Shown one piece after another: positions 27,633 to 37,799 of a stretch of DNA of 64,000 bases; within the stretch, counting starts at the first letter, position 1, and every line of letters starts with the position of its first letter. A model generated the notes under the pieces. That model worked only from the letters and a program-made list of their open reading frames with translations, made no database searches and was not told the origin of the DNA. Location: contig OY970303.1 of NCBI GenBank assembly GCA_963716255.1, positions 2,848,001 through 2,912,000 on the forward strand, written 5' to 3'. This DNA comes from an uncultured Gemmatimonadales bacterium. Lineage in GTDB: Bacteria > Gemmatimonadota > Gemmatimonadetes > Longimicrobiales > Longimicrobiaceae. A program made the translations under genes and the position numbers.

Positions 27633-30305
27633 ATGAGCGTGACGGAACCCGTGGCGGCGGCCGTGGCCGCCGGCCTGGACCCCGAGGAGCTGCGCGTCGC
27701 CCGCCTGCGGGCGGTGCGCGGCCCCAACTTCTGGAGGCTCGCGCCGGTCATCGCCTGCGACGTACAGCTGGGCTCGCTGGAGGACGTGCCCTCCAGCGAG
27801 ATGCCGGGCTTCAACGACCGCCTGCTGGAGCTCATCCCCACCCTCCACGAGCACCCCTGCTCCCGCGGCGAGAGCGGCGGCTTCGTGGAACGGCTGCGCG
27901 AAGGCACCCACCTCCCCCACATCCTGGAGCACGTCGCGCTGGAGCTGCAGACGCTCGCGGGCTCGGACGTGCGCTTCGGGCGGGTGGTGGAGTCGGGGGA
28001 CGAGGGGGTGTGGTGGCTGATCGTGGCGTACGAGGAGGAGGACGTGGGCCTCCAGAGCGTGCGCGACGCGGTGCGGGTGGTGCGCGCCTGCATGGCCGGC
28101 GAGCCGCTGGACGTGGGCCGCATGGTGCAGGACCTCCACGAGCTGCTGGAGGACGTGCGGCTGGGGCCCTCCACCGCGGCCATCGTGGAGGAGGCGCGGC
28201 GCAGGGCGATCCCGGTGCGCCGGCTCAACAGCAGCTCGCTGGTGCAGCTGGGGCTGGGCAAGAACCTGCGCCGGGTGCAGGCCGCCATGTCCGACTACAC
28301 CAGCGCCATCGGGGTGGAGATCGCGCAGGACAAGGACGACACGCGCCGGGTGCTGCGCAACATCGGCCTCCCCGCGCCGGAGGGCGACACCGCCGCCACG
28401 CTGGAGGGCGCGGTGGAGGTGGCCCGGGAGATCGGCTTCCCGGTGCTCCTCAAGCCGCTGGACGCCAGCCACGGCCGCGGCATCTCCGGGCGTCTGGCCG
28501 ACGAGGCGGCGGTGGCCCGCGCCTGGCCCGAGTCCAGCGCCTACTCGCGGCGCGTGGTGGTGGAGCGCTTCGTCACCGGGCGCGACTACCGCGTGCTGGT
28601 GGTGGACGGCAGGGTGGCGGCGGTGGCGGAGCGCGTCCCCGCGCACGTGGTGGGCGACGGGCGCAGCCCGGTGCGCGAGCTGATCGGCGCCGCCAACCGC
28701 GACCCGCGCCGCGGCACCGGGCACTCGCGGGTGCTCACCCGCCTCCCCGACGACGGGGCCACCGGGGAGTTCCTGGCCTCACGCGGCCTGTCCATGGACA
28801 GCGTACCCGCGGCGGGGGAGAGGGTGTTCCTGCGGGCCACGGCCAACCTGTCCACCGGCGGCACCTCCATCGACCGCACCGACGAGATCCACCCCGACAA
28901 CGTGACCGCGTGCGAGATGGCGGCGGGGATCGTGGGGCTGGACATCGCCGGCATCGACGTGCTCTCCCCCGACATCTCGGTGCCCTTCCGCGAGAACGGG
29001 GCGGTGATCATCGAGGTCAACGCGGCGCCGGGGCTGCGCATGCACACGCACCCCAGCGAGGGGACGCCCCGCAGCGTGGGCGCGCCCATCGTGGACATGC
29101 TGTACCCGCCGGGGACGCAGTACACCATCCCCGTCATCGCCATCACCGGCACCAACGGCAAGACCACCACCACGCGGCTGGCGGCGCACCTCTTCCGGCA
29201 CACGGGGAAGACGGTGGGCTTCACCACCACCGACGGCGTGTACCTGCAGAACCGGCTGGTGATGGAGGGGGACATGACCGGCCCCTTCTCCGCCAACATC
29301 ATCCTCAGCAACCCCACCGTGGACGTGGCGGTGCTGGAGACGGCGCGCGGCGGGGTGCTGCGCGCCGGGCTGGGCTTCGACGAGGCGGACGTGGGGGTGG
29401 TGCTCAACGTCACCGCCGACCACCTGGGGCTGCGCGGCATCAACACCCTGGAGCAGCTGGCCGAGGTCAAGTCGGTGATCCCCGCGGTGGTCAAGCGCGA
29501 GGGGCACGCGGTGCTCAACGCGGACGACCCGCTGGTGTACGCCATGCGCGAGCGCACCGGCGCGGACATCGTCCTCTTTTCCACCCGGCCGGAGGGGGAA
29601 AACGAGCTGTTCGAGGACCACATCGAGCGCGGCGGGATCGGGGCGCGCATCGAGGACGGGGTCTTCGTGGTCCGCCGCGGGCGGCTGCGCATTCCCATCG
29701 CCACCGTGCGCGAGGTGCCGCTGATGCTGGGCGGAGCGGCGCGCTTCCAGCAGCAGAACGTGCTCGCGGCCATCGCCACCGCGTACGTGCAGGGGGTGCG
29801 CTACGACACCATCCGCGCCGGGCTGCTCTCCTTCTTCCCCTCGCCCTCCATGACCCCCGGGCGGCTCAACCTGCTGCGGGTGGGGAAGGCGCGGGTGCTG
29901 GTGGACTACGCGCACAACCAGGCGGCGGTGGAGGGGCTGATGGAGCTGGCGCTGAACCTGCCGGCCACGCGGCGCATCGGCGTCATCGCGGTTCCCGGCG
30001 ACCGCCGCGACGAGGACATCCTCGGGGTGGGGCGGCTGGCGGCGAGGCTGGACCGGGTCATCGTCAAGGAGGACCCGGACCGGCGCGGGCGCGAGGACGG
30101 GGCCATCGCCCGGCTGCTGGTGCGGGGGCTGCGCGAGGGGGGGATGGGCGACGACCGCATCGAGGTGATCCTGGACGAGGCCACGGCGGTGGACCGGGCG
30201 CTGGAGGAGGTGGGCGACGGCGAGCTGGCGCTGATCCTGGCGGACGACGTGCCGGGGGTGCTGGCGCAGCTGCACCCGCACTCCAGCGGCCCGGCCGCGG
30301 CCTGA
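27633..30305 (+). CDS. cphA: Cyanophycin synthetase
   Basis: GPNFW, HILEHVALELQ, LGPSTAAIV, ATP-grasp domain, ANLSTGG, Mur-ligase GTNGKTT, ETARGG, DYAHN. Confidence 0.95.
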   Translation: MSVTEPVAAAVAAGLDPEELRVARLRAVRGPNFWRLAPVIACDVQLGSLEDVPSSEMPGFNDRLLELIPTLHEHPCSRGESGGFVERLREGTHLPHILEHVALELQTLAGSDVRFGRVVESGDEGVWWLIVAYEEEDVGLQSVRDAVRVVRACMAGEPLDVGRMVQDLHELLEDVRLGPSTAAIVEEARRRAIPVRRLNSSSLVQLGLGKNLRRVQAAMSDYTSAIGVEIAQDKDDTRRVLRNIGLPAPEGDTAATLEGAVEVAREIGFPVLLKPLDASHGRGISGRLADEAAVARAWPESSAYSRRVVVERFVTGRDYRVLVVDGRVAAVAERVPAHVVGDGRSPVRELIGAANRDPRRGTGHSRVLTRLPDDGATGEFLASRGLSMDSVPAAGERVFLRATANLSTGGTSIDRTDEIHPDNVTACEMAAGIVGLDIAGIDVLSPDISVPFRENGAVIIEVNAAPGLRMHTHPSEGTPRSVGAPIVDMLYPPGTQYTIPVIAITGTNGKTTTTRLAAHLFRHTGKTVGFTTTDGVYLQNRLVMEGDMTGPFSANIILSNPTVDVAVLETARGGVLRAGLGFDEADVGVVLNVTADHLGLRGINTLEQLAEVKSVIPAVVKREGHAVLNADDPLVYAMRERTGADIVLFSTRPEGENELFEDHIERGGIGARIEDGVFVVRRGRLRIPIATVREVPLMLGGAARFQQQNVLAAIATAYVQGVRYDTIRAGLLSFFPSPSMTPGRLNLLRVGKARVLVDYAHNQAAVEGLMELALNLPATRRIGVIAVPGDRRDEDILGVGRLAARLDRVIVKEDPDRRGREDGAIARLLVRGLREGGMGDDRIEVILDEATAVDRALEEVGDGELALILADDVPGVLAQLHPHSSGPAAA

Positions 30306-30309
30306 CGCG

Positions 30310-31383
30310 ATGGTGCGCCCGGACCCGTTCTCCGAGATCCGCCTGGTGTCGCTGCGCAGCATCCGCGGGGCGAGCTTCTGGTCGCGGCGCCCGGTCACGC
30401 GCGTGGACCTGGCCCCCGGCGCGTACGACGACATCTCCTCCGCCGCGGTCCCCGGCTTCACCGGGGCGCTGCTGGCGGCGCTCCCCGGGCTGTGGGAGCA
30501 CCGCTGCTCGGTGGGCGAGCGCGGGGGCTTCGCCGCGCGGCTGCGCGACGGCACGTACGCGCCGCACATCGTGGAGCACGTGGGGCTGGAACTGCAGACC
30601 ATGGCGGGGCACGACGTGGGATACGGACGCGCCCGCGGCGGCGACCGGCCGGGGGAGTACACCGTGGTCTTCGAGCACCTGCACGCCGAGGTGGGACTGC
30701 GCTCCGCGGCGCTGGCGCTGGAGATCGTGCAGCGCGCCCTCGCGGGGACGCTGGACGGCGTCGCCGGCGCGGTGGCGGAGCTGGAGGCGCTGGCCCGCGC
30801 GCCGGACGCCCCGCCGCTCCGCCACGCGGTGCGCTGCGGCGTCACCGGCGGCGGCGACCGCGGCGCGGTGCGGGCGGAGATGCTGCGGCGCGGGGTGGGG
30901 GCCGCCGAGAGGGTGGTGGACGTGTCCCCGGCCTACCTCCTGAACGCGGGGCTCCCCTACTCGGCGTCCGATGTCGCGGTGATCCTGGACGCGGAACCGC
31001 GCGATGTGCCGGAGCGCTACCGCGACCCGGAGATGGCGCGGAAGCTGGTGTCCGTGCTCGCCGACGCGGTGCCGGCCGGCGGCCCCGCGGTGGTCCCCGC
31101 GGGGGAGTGGGACGTGCACGAGCGCGCCGCGGACGCGGGGTGCCGCCTGGCGGTGTTCGCGGACGCCGGGCGCCTGTCCGCCCGCGACGCCCGCGCGGCC
31201 CACGCCGCCGCCGTGGTGCGCGGCGGGCGCATCGTCCTGGAGTGCGGCGGCGACTCCGCCGACGGCGGCCCCCTCGACCCCGGCGCCCCCGCCGCACCGC
31301 AGCTCGCCGGCGCGCTGGCCGTGCTCGCCCTGAGGCGGATGCAACCCGACCCGGAAGTGAAAGACGATGCCCCGGTCCCGTAA
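30310..31383 (+). CDS. CphA N-terminal-domain protein with degenerate Mur-like C-terminus
   Basis: EHRCSVGERGGF..HIVEHVGLELQ..YGRAR; no ATP-grasp domain. Confidence 0.8.
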   Translation: MVRPDPFSEIRLVSLRSIRGASFWSRRPVTRVDLAPGAYDDISSAAVPGFTGALLAALPGLWEHRCSVGERGGFAARLRDGTYAPHIVEHVGLELQTMAGHDVGYGRARGGDRPGEYTVVFEHLHAEVGLRSAALALEIVQRALAGTLDGVAGAVAELEALARAPDAPPLRHAVRCGVTGGGDRGAVRAEMLRRGVGAAERVVDVSPAYLLNAGLPYSASDVAVILDAEPRDVPERYRDPEMARKLVSVLADAVPAGGPAVVPAGEWDVHERAADAGCRLAVFADAGRLSARDARAAHAAAVVRGGRIVLECGGDSADGGPLDPGAPAAPQLAGALAVLALRRMQPDPEVKDDAPVP

Positions 31384-32344
31384 CGGAAACCAAGCCCCGG
31401 CGCCCGTGGCGCCCGACGACGACGGCTCCGACCACCCCAACCGCCGCCGTACCGACCGCCCGGCCGGCACGCTGGTGCTCATCGGCGGAGCGTGCGACCC
31501 GCAGGGCGACGCGCTGGGGAGCTTCCTGGAGCGCTGCGGCGGCCGCGAGGGCGGCAAGATCGTGGGGATCACCACCGCCTCCACCGACCCCGCCGGCTCG
31601 GCGCGCGAGTGGATGGGGGCGTTCGCCGCGGCGGGGGCGCACAACGTGGAGATCCCCGTCATCGACCGGCGCGACCGGGCGCAGGACCCGCGCATCGCCG
31701 AGATGATCCGCGGAGCGGACGGGATCTTCCTGGGGGGCGGCGACCAGGTGCACCTGGTCGCTACGCTGGGCGGGTCGCGGGTGGACCGCGCCGTCCGCGA
31801 GGCCTACTCGCGCGGGGCGACCGTGTGCGGCACCAGCGCCGGCGCGGCTGCGCTCACCGAGACCATCCTGGCCGGCGGCGAGCCGGACGAGTACGGGCAG
31901 ATGCAGGACGTCCACCTGGGCCCCGGCTTCGGGCTGCTGGGCTTCCGGGCGATGATCGACACGCATTTCTCGCAGCGCCGCCGCCTGCAGCGCCTTTTCA
32001 TGGTGATCGCGCAGAACCCGGAGCTGATGGGTCTGGGGATCGACGAGGACACCGCGGTGGTGATCCACGGGCACCTGGGCGAGGTACGCGGGCGGGGCTC
32101 GCTGACCTTCGTGGACGGCCGCGGGGTGCGCTTCGACAACGCGGACGAGTGCATGTCCGGCGCGCCGCTGACGCTCAGCTACCTGCGCGTGGGGATCGTG
32201 GGCGCGGGCTACACCTTCAACCTGCGCGAGCGCGAGCTGGACCTGCTGGTGCAGGCGCGCGACAGCCGCGAGGAGATGGAGGTGGTGCGCGGCGAGGACG
32301 CGGAGGTGGAGGAGGACGGGAGCGCCAAAGTGCGGAGTGCGTGA
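31367..32344 (+). CDS. cphB: Cyanophycinase
   Basis: LIGGA, GGGDQ, GTSAGA, IDTHFSQRRRLQRL, GIDEDT. Confidence 0.92.
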   Translation: MPRSRNGNQAPAPVAPDDDGSDHPNRRRTDRPAGTLVLIGGACDPQGDALGSFLERCGGREGGKIVGITTASTDPAGSAREWMGAFAAAGAHNVEIPVIDRRDRAQDPRIAEMIRGADGIFLGGGDQVHLVATLGGSRVDRAVREAYSRGATVCGTSAGAAALTETILAGGEPDEYGQMQDVHLGPGFGLLGFRAMIDTHFSQRRRLQRLFMVIAQNPELMGLGIDEDTAVVIHGHLGEVRGRGSLTFVDGRGVRFDNADECMSGAPLTLSYLRVGIVGAGYTFNLRERELDLLVQARDSREEMEVVRGEDAEVEEDGSAKVRSA

Positions 32345-32511
32345 GGGGACGGAAGTGTGGGAGTGCGGGAGTCGTGACGTTCGCGCGTGAGACGGCCGGG
32401 ACGGTGCGGCGTCTGCTTCTCGAGTGACGGGCGGGCGGACTGGTTCGTCTGGTCCGGTGTTCCCGACCCGCAGGCCGCTCATCCGTCCCGCTCGCGCCGA
32501 TGCCGACGACC

Positions 32512-34113
32512 ATGACACACACCCTCTTTGCGCCGTCCCGCGTAGCTTTCTCTACACTCGCCGTCCTCCTCGTGCTCGCCGCGTGCGAGGACGGCCCCAC
32601 GTCCCCCGCCAACCGCGACCCGGCCGACCTGGCCGCGTCGGTGGTGCAGGGCGACGCCCAGGCCGGCACGGTGGGCCGCCCTCTCGCCGACTCCGTGGTG
32701 GTGCGGGTCACCGACCGGGACGGGTCGCCGGTGCGCGGCCTGGAGCTGGATTGGCGGGTGCTGGCCGAGGGCGGCGAGGTGCTGCGGGGCACCACCACCA
32801 CCGGCCGGGACGGCCGCTCCGCGAACGCGTGGGTCCTCGGCACCCGGGCCGGGGAGCAGCAGGTGGAGGTGCGGGCGCTGCTCAGCGGCGGGCCCGCGGC
32901 GCTGGACACGGTGCGCGCATCCGCCGCCGCGGACGTTCCCGCCGAGCTGCGCCTGGCCGGCGACTCCGTGCGGGCGCTGGGCGTGGGGGACACCGTGCGG
33001 CTGTCGGTGCAGGACGTGGACCGCTTCGGCAACCCCGTCCCGGCCGCCGCGCTCCGCCCGCGCTGGACTTCGCTCCAGCCCTCCGTCGCCGTAGCCGACT
33101 CCACCGGGCTGGTGAGGGTGGTGGGAGCGGGCGAGGCGACCGTGGAGGCGAGCGTGGGGACGGCCCGGGCGCGGGCGTACGTCCGCGCACAGGAGGGGGT
33201 CGAGGAGTACCCGGTGGCGTGGGGCGGCCACTTCCCCCGCGTGCGACGCTTCTACGGCGGCGGCGGGCGGCTGCTCGCCGTGGGCTCCGAGACCTACCAC
33301 GCCACCACGTACAACCTGACCTACGGCTTCAGCGGCGCGGCGTGGTCGGTGACCGGAGGGACGGGGGCCGCCTTCGACGGCTACTTCTCGGACCTGTACG
33401 TCGCCCCCGATGGCACGGCGTACGCCACCGGCAGCGTGGGCACGCAGGTTTCCGCGCCGGGCGGCGCCTGGCGCGTGGACTCGCTCCTGACCGGCTGGCA
33501 GTTCGTCACGGGCGCCGGAAGCACCCTGTTCGGGTACCGGCGCCAGGGGTACCCCGTCCGCCACGCCGTGGAGCGGCTCTCCGGCGGAAAGCTCACCGAC
33601 CTGGCGGCGCCGGCGAGCCTGGAGAGTTCGCACGTCTACTCGCTCGTGGCCGCCGGGGAAAGCGAGCTGTACCTGTCCACCAGCACGCAAACGCTCCACT
33701 GGAACGGCAGCGGGTGGTCCGCGGTGGGGGCGGGGCGGTTCGGGATGCTGGCGGTTCCGTGGGGGGGCGGGACCGTGTACGGGGTGATGGGCTCCAACGC
33801 CCTGTACACCCTGCGGCAGGGGAGTGCCGAGCGCGTCGCGCACCCGCTGGAGGCCCGCGGCGACACCATCCGGTCGCTGGCGGTGGACCGCGACGGGAAC
33901 CCGTACCTCCTGTTCCGCGGGGGCATCGTCTACCGCACCCCCGCGGGGTGGCGGGAGCACCGCTTCACGCGCGAGTGGAGCTTCGTCAGCACCGTGTGGC
34001 CGGCCGACGACGGGAGCGTTTGGCTCAGCGCCTACGAGGACACCGGGGAGCTGACGTACTACGGGACCCGGTTCGATCTGGTCATGCTGCGCATCCGGGT
34101 CCGGGCGCAGTGA
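32512..34113 (+). CDS. Lipoprotein with Ig-like domains and beta-propeller-like C-terminus
   Basis: Lipobox LAAC; GDAQAGTVG..VVVRVTD; PSVAVADSTGLV. Confidence 0.75.
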   Translation: MTHTLFAPSRVAFSTLAVLLVLAACEDGPTSPANRDPADLAASVVQGDAQAGTVGRPLADSVVVRVTDRDGSPVRGLELDWRVLAEGGEVLRGTTTTGRDGRSANAWVLGTRAGEQQVEVRALLSGGPAALDTVRASAAADVPAELRLAGDSVRALGVGDTVRLSVQDVDRFGNPVPAAALRPRWTSLQPSVAVADSTGLVRVVGAGEATVEASVGTARARAYVRAQEGVEEYPVAWGGHFPRVRRFYGGGGRLLAVGSETYHATTYNLTYGFSGAAWSVTGGTGAAFDGYFSDLYVAPDGTAYATGSVGTQVSAPGGAWRVDSLLTGWQFVTGAGSTLFGYRRQGYPVRHAVERLSGGKLTDLAAPASLESSHVYSLVAAGESELYLSTSTQTLHWNGSGWSAVGAGRFGMLAVPWGGGTVYGVMGSNALYTLRQGSAERVAHPLEARGDTIRSLAVDRDGNPYLLFRGGIVYRTPAGWREHRFTREWSFVSTVWPADDGSVWLSAYEDTGELTYYGTRFDLVMLRIRVRAQ

Positions 34114-34160
34114 GGGCGGAAGGTCTCCTGACCGGCTCGAACGGCCTGAACGGCGGGTTC

Positions 34161-34295
34161 GGGCGTGCCCCCGGCTGGCGCCGGGCGTCCCGTGGGCTGC
34201 GGCTCCGTAGCAGACGAAACGACCGTCTGCAACGGAGTCGAGCCCCGACGATACGGCTGTCGGGTCTCGCCCCTCCGGGCCGGGATCTCTCACGC
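34161..34295 (-). repeat. Structured element, copy 3
   Basis: Reverse complement of the family consensus. Confidence 0.85.
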
Positions 34296-34336
34296 GGCTT
34301 GCGGCTCGCCTTCACGGCCGGCGGCGTTCATAGTAA

Positions 34337-34394
34337 TTGACTTATTAGGCGCGCACTTCTAGAATGCTTCCGGGGGGTGGAAGCTTCCACCCCC
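34337..34394 (+). promoter_or_regulatory. Sigma70-type promoter followed by a 22-bp perfect palindrome
   Basis: TTGACT-N17-TAGAAT; GGGGGTGGAAGCTTCCACCCCC at 34373-34394. Confidence 0.7.
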
Positions 34395-34420
34395 TTGCAC
34401 CGGAACATCCTGGAGGACCC

Positions 34421-34624
34421 ATGAGCCGCATGACCCGAGGCCGCATCCGCATCCTGCTCGCCGTCCCGAGCGCCGCCGCGCTCATGCTCGGCGCCACCGA
34501 GCTGCTCGCCTCCCCCGCGTACGCGTCCCGGGCGCCCGACTGCTCGACGTACTGCGAGGACCACGTGGACTACTGCGCGACGTACCCGAGCACCTGGTAC
34601 TGCGTATACTGCAGGTGCTTCTAG
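34421..34624 (+). CDS. Secreted six-cysteine peptide 1
   Basis: GGAGG RBS; signal peptide; C-x3-C-x6-C-x8-C-x2-C-x-C. Confidence 0.8.
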   Translation: MSRMTRGRIRILLAVPSAAALMLGATELLASPAYASRAPDCSTYCEDHVDYCATYPSTWYCVYCRCF

Positions 34625-34696
34625 CCCAGGCGCAGTCGCCGTCCGTACGCTCCCGACCGCCACACCCGTGCACCGGAACATCTGCTGGAGCAACCC

Positions 34697-34906
34697 ATGA
34701 GCCGCAAGACCCGAGGCCGGATCCGCATGCTGTTCGCCGTCCCTAGCGCCGCCGTGCTGATGCTGGGCGCCACGCAGGCGCTCGCCTTTCCCGCGGCTCC
34801 GACCAGGCTCCCCGAATGCATCCAGTTCTGCGCGGAGAACGAGGGCTACTGCACCATCAACCCGGGTGATGCCGTGTGCCGCGCCTGCGGCTGCTTCTAC
34901 GGCTGA
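34697..34906 (+). CDS. Secreted six-cysteine peptide 2 (paralog)
   Basis: Same leader and same Cys spacing as peptide 1. Confidence 0.8.
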   Translation: MSRKTRGRIRMLFAVPSAAVLMLGATQALAFPAAPTRLPECIQFCAENEGYCTINPGDAVCRACGCFYG

Positions 34907-34976
34907 CACAGTTCGCGTTCCACCGGTACTGCTGGTGCGACGTCGCCCGGCCGTAGCCGGCTCGGACCGAACCACC

Positions 34977-35011
34977 GCGAGCCCCCTCCCGCACGCCGGG
35001 AGGGGGCTCGC
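34977..35011 (+). terminator. Hairpin after the peptide pair
   Basis: GCGAGCCCCCTCCCG / CGGGAGGGGGCTCGC. Confidence 0.55.
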
Positions 35012-35069
35012 TCGTTCGCGGCGACCCCGCGACCCCGGAGCGAGTCTTGCGGACGCCAGCGCCAAGCCC

Positions 35070-35197
35070 GCGTGAGGGATGCGAGCGCGAAGCGGCGAGA
35101 CCCGGCGGCCGTTTGCCGGGGCTCGCCTCCGTTACGCAGCGTCGTTTGCTGCGTTACGGAGCCGCAGCCCGACCCCGGCGCAGCCGGGGGCACGCCC
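35070..35197 (+). repeat. Structured element, copy 4
   Basis: Family consensus with CGC-GAA-GCG variant hairpin. Confidence 0.9.
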
Positions 35198-35232
35198 GAA
35201 CCCGCACTCCAGAGCCGTTCAAACACCCGGTC

Positions 35233-36837
35233 ATGAGCCGACTCCGCGCCGCCGCACGCCCCGCGCGCTCCATGAAGAAGGAGCCGCAGCCGGAGCCCGC
35301 GGCCACGTTCCCGCTCCGTGTCGCCTCGGTGGACGTGGGCTCCAACGCCATCCGCTTCGTGGCGGCGGAGTTCACGGGCCCGCTGGAGCGCACGGTGCTG
35401 GACGAGGAGCGCCGCGGCGTGCGCCTGGGGCACGACGTGTTCCTCACCGGCAGGCTGGCGGCCGAGCCCATGGAGGCGGCCGTGGCCGGGCTCGCCGACT
35501 TCCGCCGGCGCATGGAGGCGCTGGGGATCGAGCACTACCGCGCCACCGCCACCAGCGCCGTGCGGGAGAGCCGCAACGGCCCGGAGTTCGTCCGCCGCGT
35601 GCGCGACGAGGCCGGGCTGGAGCTGGAGATCATCACCGGCTACGAGGAGGCGCGGCTCGTGTACCAGGCCATCCGCAGCCGGGTGGAGCTGGGGCGCGAC
35701 CGCTGGATCTCCGTGGACCTGGGCGGCGGCAGCGTGGAGGTGTCGCTGGTGGACGCGGACGGGATCCTGTGGAGCGAGACGCACACCATGGGCTCCGTGC
35801 GGCTGCTGGAGGTCCTGTCCGGCTCCGGCGACGACCCGGGCCGCTTCCAGCGGCTGCTGCGCGAGTACGCCGCCACCCTCCAGATCCCCACCGCCGCGCA
35901 GCACCTGCGCCCCGCGGGGGTCATCGCCACCGGCGGGAACATCGAGGCGCTGGCGAAGCTGGGCGGCCGGGCGCCGCGGGGGGGGCGCGCCGGCTCCATC
36001 GGCATGGGCGAGCTGCGCGACACCATCCAGATGCTCGCGCGCCTGTCGTACCGGCAGAGGATGGAGCAGCTCAAGCTGCGCGCAGACCGCGCAGACGTCA
36101 TCCTCCCCGCCGCCATGGTCTACGAGCGGGTGGCGAACCTGGCCGGGGTGGACGAGATCCAGGTTCCCGGCGTCGGGGTGCGCGACGGGCTGCTCCTGGA
36201 CCTGGTGGAGGACCTGACCACCCACCAGGAGTGGGAGGACCGGCGGGAGCGCAGCGTGGTGGAGGGCGCCGTCGCCCTGGGACGGCGCTACCTGTTCGAC
36301 GAGGCGCACGCCATGCACGTGGCCCGGCTGGCGGGGTCGCTCTTCGACCAGCTGCGCGAGGCGCACGGGCTGGACGCCGCGGACCGGCGGGTGCTGCTCG
36401 CCGCCTCCGTGCTGCACGACGTGGGCGCCTACATCAGCCGCAAGCGCCACCACAAGCACTCGCTGTACCTGATCTCCCAGTCCGAGCTCCCCGGCTTTGC
36501 CCCGGGGGAGATCTGGCTGGTCGCAAACGTGGCGCGCTACCACCGCAAGGGCGAGCCCACCACCGACCACGACTCGTTCGCGCGGCTCGCCCCGGCGGAG
36601 CGGGAGCGGGTGGTGAAGATGTCCGCCCTGCTGCGCGTGGCCGACGCGCTGGACCGCGAGCACCTTCAGGCGGTGGAGTCGTTGCGGGCGCGGGTGCGCA
36701 AAGGAGAGCTGGTGCTGGAGGCGGAGTCGTCCGGCGACCTGCTGCTGGAGCGCTGGGCGCTGCGGGAAAAGGCGGGGCTGTTCGCGAAGACCTTCGGGGT
36801 GGCGGTGCGGCTGGTCGGGGGGTCCGCGGACGGCTGA
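35233..36837 (+). CDS. ppx: Ppx/GppA exopolyphosphatase with HD domain
   Basis: VDVGSNAIR, ATSAVRE, DLGGGSVE, LHDVG; start may be 35272. Confidence 0.9.
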   Translation: MSRLRAAARPARSMKKEPQPEPAATFPLRVASVDVGSNAIRFVAAEFTGPLERTVLDEERRGVRLGHDVFLTGRLAAEPMEAAVAGLADFRRRMEALGIEHYRATATSAVRESRNGPEFVRRVRDEAGLELEIITGYEEARLVYQAIRSRVELGRDRWISVDLGGGSVEVSLVDADGILWSETHTMGSVRLLEVLSGSGDDPGRFQRLLREYAATLQIPTAAQHLRPAGVIATGGNIEALAKLGGRAPRGGRAGSIGMGELRDTIQMLARLSYRQRMEQLKLRADRADVILPAAMVYERVANLAGVDEIQVPGVGVRDGLLLDLVEDLTTHQEWEDRRERSVVEGAVALGRRYLFDEAHAMHVARLAGSLFDQLREAHGLDAADRRVLLAASVLHDVGAYISRKRHHKHSLYLISQSELPGFAPGEIWLVANVARYHRKGEPTTDHDSFARLAPAERERVVKMSALLRVADALDREHLQAVESLRARVRKGELVLEAESSGDLLLERWALREKAGLFAKTFGVAVRLVGGSADG

Positions 36838-36858
36838 ATGGCTTTGGACGGCAGGGTT

Positions 36859-36988
36859 GGGCGTGCCCCCGGCTGGCGCCGGGGTCGGGCTTCGGCTCCG
36901 TAAGCCCGCAAACAACGCGGGCTAACGGAGTCGAGCCCCGACGATACTGCTGTCGGGTCTCGCCCCTTCGGGCCGAAATCCCTCACGC
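36859..36988 (-). repeat. Structured element, copy 5
   Basis: Reverse complement of the consensus. Confidence 0.9.
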
Positions 36989-37115
36989 GGGGCTCACGCT
37001 GGCGTCCGCTGCGGTGGGCCGTCTCACCCCCTGGCACTTCAACGACACGTCGGCAATCGAGGGTCAGGAAGCCCTCCCCCAGAATTGGGGGATGTAGGGG
37101 GCAAGCCGTGCGGCT

Positions 37116-37799
37116 CTAAGGCCGCCGGGTGGGGGCCGCCAGCACCAGGATCAGCGACAGCGGCCGCCCCGTCTCCGGGTGCAGCGGCTCCTCTGTCTCC
37201 ACCACTTCCAGGCCGGCCTCGCGCGCCTCGGCCAGCCACGAGCCCACCGTGCGGAAGTACCAGGGCATCGCCGCGGGAAAGGGGCGCGCAAAGGCGGCGA
37301 AGTCCTCCGTGCGCCAGCCGTCCCGGTACGGCGCGTCGCCGCAGGCGGTGAAGGGGTGCACCGTCTGCACCAGCAGCCGCCCGTCCGGCGCGAGCACGGC
37401 CGCCAGCGCGCGCAGCAGCGGCGCGACGCGGTCGCCCAGCAGCGCGAAGTTGCAGACCACGGCGTCGAACGGCCCGCCGAGGCGGCCCGGGTCGGCCTCG
37501 ATCTCGTCGTAGCGGAGCACGAGGAACGTGCCGCCGCCGGCCTCGCGGGCGCGCCGCACCAGCTCCGCGCTCCCGTCCACCCCCACCACCTCCCGGCCGC
37601 GGCCGGCGAGCGCGCGCGCCAGCCAACCCTCGCCGCACCCCACGTCCAGCACCCGCCGCCCCGGCACCCTCGCCACCGCCTCCACGATGGCGCCGTCCGT
37701 CCCCGCCCGGCGCGAGGGGATGCCGCCCGCGCGCACCGTCTCCGACCACGCGGCGGCGTTGCGGTCCCAGCTGGCCCGGAGCGCCTCCTCCTCGCTCAT
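37116..37799 (-). CDS. Class I SAM-dependent methyltransferase
   Basis: VLDVGCGEG, FDAVVCNFAL. Confidence 0.88.
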   Translation of the reverse strand: MSEEEALRASWDRNAAAWSETVRAGGIPSRRAGTDGAIVEAVARVPGRRVLDVGCGEGWLARALAGRGREVVGVDGSAELVRRAREAGGGTFLVLRYDEIEADPGRLGGPFDAVVCNFALLGDRVAPLLRALAAVLAPDGRLLVQTVHPFTACGDAPYRDGWRTEDFAAFARPFPAAMPWYFRTVGSWLAEAREAGLEVVETEEPLHPETGRPLSLILVLAAPTRRP

